64,000 bases of DNA from NCBI GenBank assembly GCA_004764695.1, contig SMSO01000031.1:2828436-2892435 (forward strand), given 5' to 3'. The translations under genes and the position numbers were made by a program. Under the pieces are notes generated by a model. The model worked only from the letters and a program-made list of their open reading frames with translations. It was not told the origin of the DNA and searched no databases. Below are positions 13,277 through 23,959 of this stretch, one piece after another. This DNA comes from Schizochytrium sp. TIO01. Its lineage: Eukaryota; Protista; Bigyra: Labyrinthulomycetes. Numbering within the stretch: position 1 is the stretch's first letter; the number at the start of each line of letters is the position of its first letter.

Positions 13277-13785
13277 AAGGAACAATCCTGCAACATTGTG
13301 GCGCTTTAACCAATTAGCATTTCGTACATCTTGCAACTAGCTTAATCATGAGATTTTTGAAAGACAGCAACGATCGAAAGGGACAGACCTCATTCCATGT
13401 GAAGAAACTGGCCTATTAGGTTGATCCATGATACCATTGCTGCGGTAAACCTGGTTTGAAACAGTTCTATTAGACTCATCTCAGGTATCGATCTTACTCA
13501 AGTCAAAGGATCGAGAGAAGTAGACTTTCACTTGTGAGTTATCCATAAATGTCGTTAGGCTACGATGACGAGGCGTTAGAACTTAGATAGCACTGCTAGG
13601 ACTCGAGCGACACTGCGCGCACTACACAGAAGAGAATCTTGAGAAGCGCATAGACCAATCTCTCTTTCAGTTGCTGCTTCTTCTTGCTCGGTGGAGGTTG
13701 TCTGGCGTGGAGCTTAAAGAGCCACAAGATTTGCCAGAGCTGTCGGAGCCACAAGTAACGCTGGTTTTACGCAGAGACGAACGAG

Positions 13786-14535
13786 ATGGCTTCTGTCACG
13801 ACGATGTTTCAAAGTCTTGTGCTTGTGCTGGTCCTTTTGGGTGCTTCCGTGCAAACTGTTGTTGCGAATTGCGACGACAAAGGTGATGGGTCCTTTGACT
13901 TTTTCATGCTGGCTATCCAATGGCCGCCCGAGTACGGCAAGGCATACGATTACTTTACCCTGCACGGCCTTTGGCCATCTCGTTTTGGCAAAACCACTGC
14001 TAACACTTACCCTTGCGAGTGCTCGGAAGAGCCTTTTAATGAGGATGAGGTGAAAGACCTCGAAGGAGACATGACCACTTACTGGGGCTCGTTGATTGGA
14101 CATAATTCCAACACTTGGTTCTGGACTCATGAGTGGAGCAAGCACGGCACCTGCTCAAAGATGGAGCAAGAGGACTACTTTAACTCTACGCTTCTCGCTC
14201 GTAAGCGCTACGATCCCCTTCCTGCACTTGCAGCTGGCGGAGTCGTACCTTCTGCGACATCTCCTTACAGTGCAGACACCATCATGGATGCATTCCAAGC
14301 GTCCTATGGCTTCAAACCCATGCTCGGCTGTCGTAGTCACCGTGGACACCAACTGCTCTCAGAGATGGGCCTCTGCTTGAACAAGACGCTCGGTTTAGAT
14401 AACTGCCACTCATCTGTTATGCGCATTCATGATGAAGTAAACGATTGCAGATCGACAAAGTCAATCTACTTTCTTCCAGCAGAGACCCACAACAACCTCG
14501 ATGCCTTCGTGGAGCGCATTGAGGCTAAGCTGTAA
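13786..14535 (+). CDS. RNASET2: Ribonuclease T2 family, secreted/lysosomal
   Basis: Signal peptide, CAS I FTLHGLWP, CAS II FWTHEWSKHGTC, conserved Cys. Confidence 0.95.
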   Translation: MASVTTMFQSLVLVLVLLGASVQTVVANCDDKGDGSFDFFMLAIQWPPEYGKAYDYFTLHGLWPSRFGKTTANTYPCECSEEPFNEDEVKDLEGDMTTYWGSLIGHNSNTWFWTHEWSKHGTCSKMEQEDYFNSTLLARKRYDPLPALAAGGVVPSATSPYSADTIMDAFQASYGFKPMLGCRSHRGHQLLSEMGLCLNKTLGLDNCHSSVMRIHDEVNDCRSTKSIYFLPAETHNNLDAFVERIEAKL

Positions 14536-15307
14536 ACAATGTACACAAAGCATTTCTGTCATAACTTTCTTATCCTTCGTTACGACATGAATAAACCTGA
14601 TACCATGCCCTGTTCATCTTGCATGCCGTATCTAATAGCAAAATCCTCGTTGAGGGTCTCGTTTGATTCTCGCAGAAAACCTTTCATCATTGTGAAAGCA
14701 TCAGGAACACCCTTTCTAGTACATAATCACTCTCTTAAATTTAAGTCTACATTTCATACAACGGTCGATCGATGCTCCTATGTAAGCATTTGTTTTGCAG
14801 TATGTTATTCGTTATGTATTGCTAACCTCTGCAAAAGGTAATCTTTGGCTTGCGTTTTCAGGACCCTGGTTTAACAAGATAAATGAATCAAAACAACGTT
14901 TGCCAAGAGGAAGTGCAAATAGTAAAATAAGAAGTGGTCCTTGGTTAACTCTCATGAGCATAGTCAAAAATAGCCTGAAGAACCAAGAGCCCTTTCTTCA
15001 TGTTTCAAGAGATCAACACAACAACATCAAGCTTGCTACAGCATAAGATAAATCAATTTTCCTAAACTTTATTTTGGTCGTGATGTCTAGATGAGGCCTA
15101 AAAACAAAGAAACCCAAGGGAAGCCACCTTGTTTTCTAGATCTCTATGGGAATAGCGCCGCATCTTCATAGATAAGAAGAAGTGAGTTCAGGTAGAGCAG
15201 TGCCCTTCTGTTCTCGTCAAGTGAAGTTTGTAAGTGCAAATATGGTGGTACTACTGAATAAGGCAGGTACCATGGAACTAGATGTGCAAGGTCAAAACCC
15301 GCACAAT

Positions 15308-16021
15308 TTACTTCTTGGGAGCAGTGCGTGTGGTGACAGTACCGTCCTCTTGGCCAAAAAAGACCTTCTCAGCCATGTTGATGAAGAGACCGGTGCAGAC
15401 AACGCCGGGGATAGCGTTGAGGTCGTTCTCAAGCTTAGCAGGGTCGGCAATCTCACCAAAGTGGGCATCGAGGATGAGGTTGCCGTTATCAGTGACGCAG
15501 GGTCCGGCCTTGGCCTTGGCCATACGGAGCTCGACCTTCTCAGCGTTGAGTGCCTTGAGCTTGGCCATGATAGGCACGTACGCGATGGGAATAACCTCGA
15601 TGGGCACGCCCTTAAGCCACTGCTGGCCAAGGAGCTTAGAGTCCTTGCGGTAATCGGCGCAAATGACAAGAGTCTTGGCGCATGAAGCCACAATCTTCTC
15701 CTGGGTTTGGCATCCGCCACCACCCTTGATGCAGTTGAGATCATCATCAACTTCATCAGCACCATCAATGGCAACATCAAGCTCGGGGTGGTTCTCGAGA
15801 TCTGACAAGGTCAGCTTGTACTCGGCAATGAGCTGCTTGGCCTGGAACGAGGTCGGTACGCACACGATCTTGAGGTTCTCCTCCTTGATACGCTCGGCGA
15901 GACGGACCACAGCGTAGGCAATGGTGGACCCAGAGCCAATGCCGACGGCCATGCCATCGCGAACGAACTCATCGACGGCAGCGCGGGCCGCGAGGTCCTT
16001 TGCTTTCTCAATGCCAGACAT
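15308..16021 (-). CDS. RPIA: Ribose-5-phosphate isomerase A
   Basis: GIGSGST, DGADEVD, IKGGGG, VTDNGN and PGVV motifs. First ATG is at 16021; the ORF track starts at an upstream TTG (16066). Confidence 0.95.
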   Translation of the reverse strand: MSGIEKAKDLAARAAVDEFVRDGMAVGIGSGSTIAYAVVRLAERIKEENLKIVCVPTSFQAKQLIAEYKLTLSDLENHPELDVAIDGADEVDDDLNCIKGGGGCQTQEKIVASCAKTLVICADYRKDSKLLGQQWLKGVPIEVIPIAYVPIMAKLKALNAEKVELRMAKAKAGPCVTDNGNLILDAHFGEIADPAKLENDLNAIPGVVCTGLFINMAEKVFFGQEDGTVTTRTAPKK

Positions 16022-16866
16022 TGTCTTAAGACCGCGTCGAAAGAAACTCCCCAAAATACTTGTCAACGCAAGGGTTTACCCAGGAAATACAAACGATTCG
16101 TCTTTGCTAACCTGAAGTTGCATTGCATTACATCCTATCCCATCCATTGCCAATGGAATCCCGTTCATTCATGTCACATACTATAGTATCTAGGATACAT
16201 AGTACTGCTAAGCAAATAAATATATAGGCTTACCTAAGAAAAGCCCAAAAGCAAGACCTGAGATGTAAAATATAAACAAATACGTAAGTACCTACTTGAA
16301 AGATACCTACATACATAATATAAAGCCCAGGTAAAGTAGCTTTAATAACATGAAACGAAGTAAAAGTAGACTAAATTCCTTAGTATGTTTCCCTCTTCCC
16401 GACTTCTCCTAGAATGTCCCACTTGCACGCGCAGCTATAGTTCACTTTGAGTAAATAGTAAAAGTGCGTTAAAGGAATCCATAAATAGGGAATGGTGGAA
16501 CATAAGTGAAGTATACCAGCGCCAGTCGTCTTTCTCGGACCTGCCAGTAATTCCACCTAATAGTAAAGGACTAGTCCAAGGCACATTCGGAGCCATTGAC
16601 TCTCGCTAGAGGAGGAGGGGGTCCAAGGTGGTTCTGCGGCGGGCAATCAAAAGCTAGCAGCAGAACTTCGTCAAGGTTGGGCTGGTGGAGGTTCAAAGCC
16701 ACATTGTTCGTGTGGCGAAAGGAGTGTGTTGCCTGGCTTGAAAGGGCCAAGCGAGTTTGTTTGGCAAAACTTGACTGGCCAGCCATCTACTTTTAGCAAA
16801 GAACTCTTGGTGGTCGTGGTGGCAAACGTTCAAGAAACTAAAACAAGAACCTCTTCGTGAATCAAA

Positions 16867-17307
16867 ATGGGTACGGGTCGCTACGGTCGCAAGAAGCGTG
16901 CTACGGCTAAGAACAAGGGCTTCAAGAAATACTTTCTTGCCACCAAACATCGCACGCGAGATGTAGATCAAATTCAGGATGACATTGAAAAGGGTGGTCT
17001 CACCTTTGATTACGACCCTGATCTCCCCGGTGGAGGCCAGTTCTACTGCGTAGAATCCGGACGCCATTTCATCAATGCTGACGCTCTTGAGGCCCACAAG
17101 AAGACCAAGGCCTACAGAAAGCGTCTTAAGGACATCAAGGAGGAGCAATACAACCAGGCTTCTGCAGATGCCGCCGCAGGATGCATGAAGGAGGTCCTCC
17201 CGCCTGTGCAACGCGATGCCGAAGGCAATGTCATTTGCAAGACCTTCGTGCCCAAGGAAACGACCGCTGCTTCGTCGTCCTCGTCGGCTGATGCTGCTAT
17301 GGAGTAA
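16867..17307 (+). CDS. ZNF593: Zinc finger protein 593 / Bud20 (60S ribosome export factor)
   Basis: RTRDVDQIQDD…DPDLPGGGQFYCVESGRHF…HKKTKAYRKRLK…YNQASADAAAG pattern. Zinc ligands are partly degenerate (CxxS, HxxxxxY). Confidence 0.9.
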   Translation: MGTGRYGRKKRATAKNKGFKKYFLATKHRTRDVDQIQDDIEKGGLTFDYDPDLPGGGQFYCVESGRHFINADALEAHKKTKAYRKRLKDIKEEQYNQASADAAAGCMKEVLPPVQRDAEGNVICKTFVPKETTAASSSSSADAAME

Positions 17308-18184
17308 TCAAGCAGGCAAATTGAGTAAACCGGAGTCCAGCGAGACTCCGCCCCGCGCTTTTTATCACCAACTAAACCATTCCCGTGCCTGCCAGCTTTC
17401 TCTGAGAACACCCGTATGTGCCTCAGATGCAGGTTTGCTCTGCAGATCGATGTCCAGACTCTTTATGGCCACACGAGTTCATTTGATACCCAAAACGTTC
17501 TCTCTGTGTACAAAACCGAAACAGAATAGATAAAACCTTTCAAGACGCTGTTGTTTGTGAACGAAACCTCTTTACTTGTCCATCCTTTTTTTTGTGAGGG
17601 CTTCTCTTTCTCCTTCCTCTGTCCAATGCTATTCTCCCTTTTACTCTCTTTGTACACGTCCAAGATGAGGTATGTTGCCACCAACGTAATCAAGCCGCAA
17701 AGTCTAGTAGTATATATCACTTAACAACAAAGGCAGGATGGTTATGTCGATCGTGATTTCAAGACTTTTGACAATAGTTTTTTCGAGTATAATTTATTGA
17801 CATCTCAGAGTCTTGTAATACGTTGAGCCAGAGAATTCGACTGGGAGGATCTGCAGTAATGAAACAAATATGCAACTTGTGAAATATGAATTATGAAAGA
17901 CTTCATGAGAAGCTTAAACAAAATCTTGAGAGACTGGCCGGTGAAACTCAGGACAATACGGTATCATACTCTGTATACATGCTCTAGTAAGACTTCTTGG
18001 TGACTAGACAAACCTAGAAAGCGGTTCAACATCATTTTGTGAAATCTGTGCTAATTATGTTCTGAAGAACTCTGAATACAACCAAGCTATAGAAAGATAG
18101 AAGTCTATCGCCCCCCCCCATCCACCTCCTCCCATTTTTTTTTTGAAAGATGATGCTCACAATGCACGATGCGTGAGTAAGCAA

Positions 18185-20800
18185 TCAAAACGCCTCCTCA
18201 TCATCATTCAGGTATGTACTTTCCATCATTTTCTCCAAACTCGCTTTTGTAGGTACATCAGTAGGTTCTTTCACATTTTCCTGTAATTCAGTGTTGCCCT
18301 TGCCTACCCTCGTGCTTTCCTCATCCTGCATCGAATGATATTGAGCTAACGAAGAGGAACTTTGCGAAGGTGGATGAGGCGGCAGCGTGTCATCGAAGCT
18401 GCTGCGTTGTACATCTTGGTCAATACTACCTTTTGATTCACGCGAGCTGCGACGCTGGCGTGACTCTGCAAGTGCACGCCTCATGGTTTCAATCTGCTGT
18501 AAAAGCGCCAAGACACGGTCACAATCTAGCTTCGAGCCCATAATGAATCTCATGGGAGCGCCCGTAGTCAAATCCTGCACAGCCAGTGCTGCGGCTCCTA
18601 CAATCGCTGCGGCTCCAGTAGTCTGCATGCCTCCATAGTGAGCAATGTTTGTAAGCGGGATGGCAAGACTGCGCTTAAATCCGAGTACTTTCGAAGAGAA
18701 CAACAAGTGGTCAAATGTCACCAACAAACGGCCTGGACGCCGCTCAAAAATGCACGAAACGTGCCCCAAAATTACACTTGGATTGATTTTCATCTCACTG
18801 CACAGAACCAAAGTATCTCTTGATGTGCGTGCTACCTCGCTGTCTCGAAGCCGTTGCAACAGAAGCGCCTTGTTTCGAGCACAGATCTCGCGGCGAATCT
18901 GCAACTGGCGCTCCTTCCGAGCGGTTCGCGCAGCAACTTCTCGTGACCAGCGGCGTGACAATTTATTGCGCAGAGACACATCTTCAGCTTCAGCTCCAGC
19001 AAGCTCTAAATCGAGTTTTGCATCCTGAGTACCAGAAGATGCCTCGTCATCAGCCTCATCAGAGTCATATGTCAAAGGCAGCTGAGATACAAAAGGGGGC
19101 CGCTCAAGTTCAGGAATTTGGACTCCGTATGCGCGATATTCAGCTTTGACAAAAGAAACTAGTTGAGCAGCCTGGTACTCTACCGCAAGCATTTCCTTCT
19201 CTTTAGGCCGGACCAGCTCATGAAGCTTTCGCTCAGCGGCAAGGCGCCAGGCTTCTTCAAGGTCGCGTACATAGTCTGCATGTAGACTATGTACGCCGCT
19301 AGGCAGCCGGGTCATTCCCAGCTGAATCATCGTGCGCAAAAGAGCTTCTGTCTCGTGTTCCGCACCGCAAACAAAAATGCATCTTTGCTTGCTTTCTACT
19401 TCAACACCAACTGCGGCACTTGCATATGGCTCGATACGCATCTGTGAAGAACTGCCAGATATTTCCGTACCCGACCTCGACATGTCTACAATGTTTGATG
19501 TACCCAACGAAGTAGATGATCCAATTCCTGATGCTGAACTTTCACCTCGATCAACTGACTGCCCAGGATTGCTAGCAAGAAGCCCAACACCACGTTTTAG
19601 TTGGAGAGTATCAACTTGTTTCATGACGTTCTGTATCTTGCCGAGGGAAAAGTTTACTGCTTTGGAGACAAATTGTCGAGGCTCATCAGTCAGTGAGGGG
19701 ACTTGTAGGGATTGAGCACTGCTCTCCAAGGTCGAGCTATCTCCCATGGACATAGAGGACGCAATGGACGCTGACAGCGATCCAGGTTGTGCAGCTTTTG
19801 GTGAAGAGGTTGGGGATGCTAAGCGCTTCAGCTCTTCTACTGTTGGCTCGTAACTGGCACGGAGTTGCCCTGCATCCTTTGCTCTCACTTCATATCCATG
19901 CGATTTAAGCGCTTCTGCTGTGTCGTGGAGAGCATCTTCATTTGAGAGATCAACCCGGAGTGGTACACAAAGGCATGTATCTAGTAGAAACAAATCGCGC
20001 AAATGAACACCCGAGCCACAACAGACCAATGTTACATCATTTGCCATGCATTTTTGAATGCGACTTAGTTCGCCTTGCACGGCTTGCTCCGCCACGGCCT
20101 CCTGCGGAGACTTTGGCTTTGCCGTGGTCTGGGATGGCCGAACACCCGTGAGCAGTGCATTGGTCTCCGCCAAAAGCTCATCTCCGTCCAAATCTTCGTC
20201 TTGGCTCACATCACGTTCTGCATACCCTGAATCCATTGATGCTCCTTTCTGTCCTGATCCACGCATCGGAGACCTGAGCATCTCGTCAGCAGCTTCGAGA
20301 GATCCTTCTGCAGTCCGATTTTGTCCTTTATTACGAGCTTCAATTGCGTTTTTACTCAAATTTGTGCCGCCGATCTCACTTCCGGATTCTGGTTCCTCGG
20401 AGCCTGCCAAGAGTGCCGCGGTTTGCGCAAGTAAAACGTCTGCATCTCCATCTGTTGAAGGAGGTCTTTGGCGATTCTCTTCAGTTGTATCCTCGTCTCC
20501 GCTGCTATCCAAAGAACCACTCGCTGTTACAGAAGCTTTGGTGTAGTCCACCTTGATTTCAGGTTTGAGAGGTTCTGCAGAATCTGATTCATCCCCTCTC
20601 GGGTTCGTGACTGGCGTCTTTGTCGCGTCATCAAGAACATCTTTTCGTTCGAGAGCGCTCTCGTCATTTTCTACGAGGCCATGTCCAGCTTTGGAGTCGT
20701 CTTCAAGGTCTGGGTTGCTCTCAAGGCCGTCACCAAGCAGGAGAGAGGCTGTCTCGGCAAGAAGCTGCTCTGAGCCGTCACTTTCAGCGCCAGATTCCAT
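18185..20800 (-). CDS. GRAM/PH-like domain protein with a long acidic disordered N-terminus
   Basis: 871 aa ORF. C-terminal SCIFERRPGRLLVTFDHLLFSSKVLGFKRSLAIPLTNI resembles GRAM. Repeated (E/V)LLA(E/Q)TxxLL motif in the N-terminus. Confidence 0.75.
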   Translation of the reverse strand: MESGAESDGSEQLLAETASLLLGDGLESNPDLEDDSKAGHGLVENDESALERKDVLDDATKTPVTNPRGDESDSAEPLKPEIKVDYTKASVTASGSLDSSGDEDTTEENRQRPPSTDGDADVLLAQTAALLAGSEEPESGSEIGGTNLSKNAIEARNKGQNRTAEGSLEAADEMLRSPMRGSGQKGASMDSGYAERDVSQDEDLDGDELLAETNALLTGVRPSQTTAKPKSPQEAVAEQAVQGELSRIQKCMANDVTLVCCGSGVHLRDLFLLDTCLCVPLRVDLSNEDALHDTAEALKSHGYEVRAKDAGQLRASYEPTVEELKRLASPTSSPKAAQPGSLSASIASSMSMGDSSTLESSAQSLQVPSLTDEPRQFVSKAVNFSLGKIQNVMKQVDTLQLKRGVGLLASNPGQSVDRGESSASGIGSSTSLGTSNIVDMSRSGTEISGSSSQMRIEPYASAAVGVEVESKQRCIFVCGAEHETEALLRTMIQLGMTRLPSGVHSLHADYVRDLEEAWRLAAERKLHELVRPKEKEMLAVEYQAAQLVSFVKAEYRAYGVQIPELERPPFVSQLPLTYDSDEADDEASSGTQDAKLDLELAGAEAEDVSLRNKLSRRWSREVAARTARKERQLQIRREICARNKALLLQRLRDSEVARTSRDTLVLCSEMKINPSVILGHVSCIFERRPGRLLVTFDHLLFSSKVLGFKRSLAIPLTNIAHYGGMQTTGAAAIVGAAALAVQDLTTGAPMRFIMGSKLDCDRVLALLQQIETMRRALAESRQRRSSRESKGSIDQDVQRSSFDDTLPPHPPSQSSSSLAQYHSMQDEESTRVGKGNTELQENVKEPTDVPTKASLEKMMESTYLNDDEEAF

Positions 20801-22063
20801 TCTCGATCACTCGGAATTGGCTCCTTGCCCTTGCGGCACCTCTTTGATCGTGATTTGGTGTGTCGATATCGCTCTTCTTCCTTCCTTTTTCCTCAAAATA
20901 TATCAATGAAAGAGGTTATCGTACACTTTACTATACTGTATTCGTACATAGTATGGGCCTATTGTATTCGTTGAGTTATTACTAATGTGCGAGTCTCTCA
21001 TATAGATAAATGACTTACTTGCCATGGAAAAGGCAAGTGTGATATGGTACATTGGTATTGAAAATACAGTTCACTGTTGTTGCTTTTTAGGCCTATAGAG
21101 TAGTCAAACAAAGTTTTGTAAGTGAAGATGTTTCTTGGGTCGAGAGCTTGGGCATTTACAACGTGTGCGCAGTGGGCTGCCATAAGGTGAACGAGGTGAA
21201 GAGACTTTTCGGGCCTAGTTGAAACAAAGAAAAGAGATTAAAACTTGACCGTAGGTGCGTTCTATTTTCGGGACAGTTCAGACGTCCAGGGCTGTTCACT
21301 CATGCTAAACCCCATCGAAGCAAAATGAAGTAATCGTAAGAACCTGTTGATCTGTCCTTCTTGTGTAGTTTTGCGGTCTTATCATGGTTTTTGCTATTCC
21401 GCTATGAAACACATGCAACGCTAAGTTTCATTGTATCAGAGAACTCCATCTAAATTCTCCAAACACACTTTGCAAACCTCACACTGCTATTGTGTGGAAG
21501 CGCAAAGTAACTTTTATGACTGTCAATGTGAGAAGATAGTGCTCTTCTAAAAACTATGGTAGGCTTAGAATACATAGCTGCTGCGATTGTAACTTCAAGT
21601 CATTTAATTCGCCACAAAGACTGCCCATCCACTTAATCACCGCACCAAAGCGGGAAAGATGACAACGGCAAAGAGCGAGCGTAGTTGGTTCGCTTTGGTG
21701 CTCCTATTGAATTGCCTGTCTAGGGGCACTAGGTATTAAATTGCATTACATTGCTTTTCATTCATTAGTACTTGTCTGTTTAGTCGTAATTACACACTAC
21801 TCTAGAAGTAATCATTTTGACATAATCCACGCGCCAAGATCTCTCTTTCTTTCCCTCAGTTTTGCTCGCCACAAATCCTTTTCCAGGCTCGCATTTACAG
21901 CCGCAGACTCGCAAGTTGACGCTTCAGCGTACAACTCATCAGACGCTCGTGAAGACTCCCCATAAGGAGTTTAAGTGCTTGTGTAAGGTTGTGTTGACTC
22001 GAGAGCAAATTGCAACCTTTAAGGGGACACAATACAGGAAAAGTGACAGCGCTTCGTTCCGCC

Positions 22064-23959
22064 ATGAGCGCGCTCCGAGTAGTTTCGCTGCTCCCGAGCG
22101 CAACGGAAGCTCTCTGCGAGATTGGAGGCGCCCACCTTCTAGTAGGAAGGTCTCACGAGTGTGACTGGCCGCCTTCGATCCAGCATGTGCCTGTGCTTAC
22201 AGCGCAGAAGACAACTTTTACGACTCCTCGCGATATCGATGAGCAAGTCCGCAACGCATTAGCCAATAACGAAAGCCTCTACACGGTGAATGCAGATCTT
22301 CTTCAGGAGCTCAAACCTGACGTAATCCTCACACAGAGCCTGTGTTCGGTATGTTCAATCGACATGAACGAGGTCGTGAAGCTTGCTCGCCAGATTACAC
22401 CGCGCCCGAAGGTTATTAGCCTGAATCCGTACACGCTTGGGGAGGTCCTTGAATCCCTCGAAGTTGTCGGCGAAGCTGTGCAACGCCCTGATGAAGCTAA
22501 GGAAGCTCGCATGAGGCTCCAAGATCGAGTGGACATTGCTCGCAAGCGTGCAGACGGTTCTACCCCAAGATTTAAGAATATTGCCTTTGTAGAATGGCCT
22601 GATCCCATTTATGTGGGAGGTCATTGGACCCCTGAGATTATCAGGATGGCAGGGGCTCGCCAAGGAGTCAATGATAATCCTGGAAGCAAGTCGTTTGCCA
22701 TCGAGACGTCTCGTCTCCAGGACGACGACCCCGATGCCATTATTGTCTGCCCTTGTGGACTGGACCTGCCTAAGACAGAAGAGCTAACCAAAGAGATGGA
22801 GGCCTCGGATTGGTGGCCCACCCTGCGTGCTGTTCAGGAGAACAACGTTGCTCTCGTCGATGGGAACCAGATGTTCAACCGCCCGGGCCCACGCCTTGTG
22901 GACTGTCTTGAGTGGCTAGTCGATTGGCTCCACCCGTTAGACCCCAAGGCACCCGGTTCAGCTAAACCCGACTTTCCCTTTAAACCTTATGTTCGCGATC
23001 CAGATGCAGGGTCTGCAGCGGCCAAAGCCAAGCTCAAGGAAGAGGAGGAGAAGCGCTTACAAGATATTGAGGACCTGCACAAGGCGGCCATGGCTATGGG
23101 AGAAAAAATGTACGCTGATCCGGCAACAGGCTATATGGTATTCACTGCTCAAGCAGCCCTGGACCGTGGCTTTTGTTGCGGTCGCGGCTGTCGCCACTGC
23201 CCGTATGGACATTGGAAGGTCCCCGCTGAACAGCGTAAGCACCACCACGCGGACCCTATTACCGATCCTCGTTTACTGCGTGCCGAGCGCGTTCCCCGCA
23301 AACTCAAAGCAGTCGCTCCAGAGCCTGACGCAACTCTTCGCATCGTTTTCTGGAGTGGTGGCAAGGACTCTTTTCTTACCTTTGTGAAGACCTGTAGAAG
23401 TGCCAAGCGTGGAGACAAAATCGTTTTGCTCAATACATTTGATCCCATTTCTAACATTGTTCCGGAGCAAGATATCGCGCTTAGTGACATTATGGAGCAA
23501 GCGAAGGCGCTTCACATGGACATGCTTATTGTTCCCTTGCCCCGCGCAAGCCCTAATCAAACCTATGTTGACACAGTAGAGCAAAGCTTGCAGATTCTTT
23601 TGCAAGAATACAACTTCCCTAAAGAGCAAGTTCACCTTGTTTTTGGAGATCTACACCTCGAGGATATTCGGGCCTGGCGTGCTAACAACTTTGCCTCTTG
23701 GCATACAGATTTCCCTCTGTTTAACATCCCCTATGAAGAACTGGAAAAAACTCTATGGGACGCCTTGGATACATACCAAGCGGATGTTATTATTTCTGCA
23801 AGCAATGTAGAGAATGTACCCGGAGTGGCGGTGGGTACGCCGTACTCCCCGGAGCTTGTAAAGCAACTCACAGAGTCTGCTGCATCATCTACTTCTGCAA
23901 CAGATCCTTTTGGCGAAAGTGGGGAGTTCCACACTCATGTTCGTTTTGCGGCCGAGTAA
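22064..23959 (+). CDS. Fusion: BtuF/TroA-type (cobalamin/Fe-siderophore) binding domain + DUF5522-like Cys motif + Dph6/MJ0570-like PP-loop ATPase
   Basis: N-terminus RVVSLLPSATE…LVGRSHECDWP…TQSLCSVC…EWPDP..GGHWTPE…DGNQMFNRPGPRL. Middle YADPATGYMVFT…RGFCCGRGCRHCPYGH. C-terminus FWSGGKDS, FGDLHLEDIRAWR, DPFGESGEFHT. First ATG at 22064. Confidence 0.88.
   Translation: MSALRVVSLLPSATEALCEIGGAHLLVGRSHECDWPPSIQHVPVLTAQKTTFTTPRDIDEQVRNALANNESLYTVNADLLQELKPDVILTQSLCSVCSIDMNEVVKLARQITPRPKVISLNPYTLGEVLESLEVVGEAVQRPDEAKEARMRLQDRVDIARKRADGSTPRFKNIAFVEWPDPIYVGGHWTPEIIRMAGARQGVNDNPGSKSFAIETSRLQDDDPDAIIVCPCGLDLPKTEELTKEMEASDWWPTLRAVQENNVALVDGNQMFNRPGPRLVDCLEWLVDWLHPLDPKAPGSAKPDFPFKPYVRDPDAGSAAAKAKLKEEEEKRLQDIEDLHKAAMAMGEKMYADPATGYMVFTAQAALDRGFCCGRGCRHCPYGHWKVPAEQRKHHHADPITDPRLLRAERVPRKLKAVAPEPDATLRIVFWSGGKDSFLTFVKTCRSAKRGDKIVLLNTFDPISNIVPEQDIALSDIMEQAKALHMDMLIVPLPRASPNQTYVDTVEQSLQILLQEYNFPKEQVHLVFGDLHLEDIRAWRANNFASWHTDFPLFNIPYEELEKTLWDALDTYQADVIISASNVENVPGVAVGTPYSPELVKQLTESAASSTSATDPFGESGEFHTHVRFAAE

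Noticed and set aside
22064-23959. Bacterial contamination, or canonical DPH6 annotation
   Set aside because: Embedded among eukaryotic genes with similar composition. Motifs and domain partners differ from eukaryotic DPH6.
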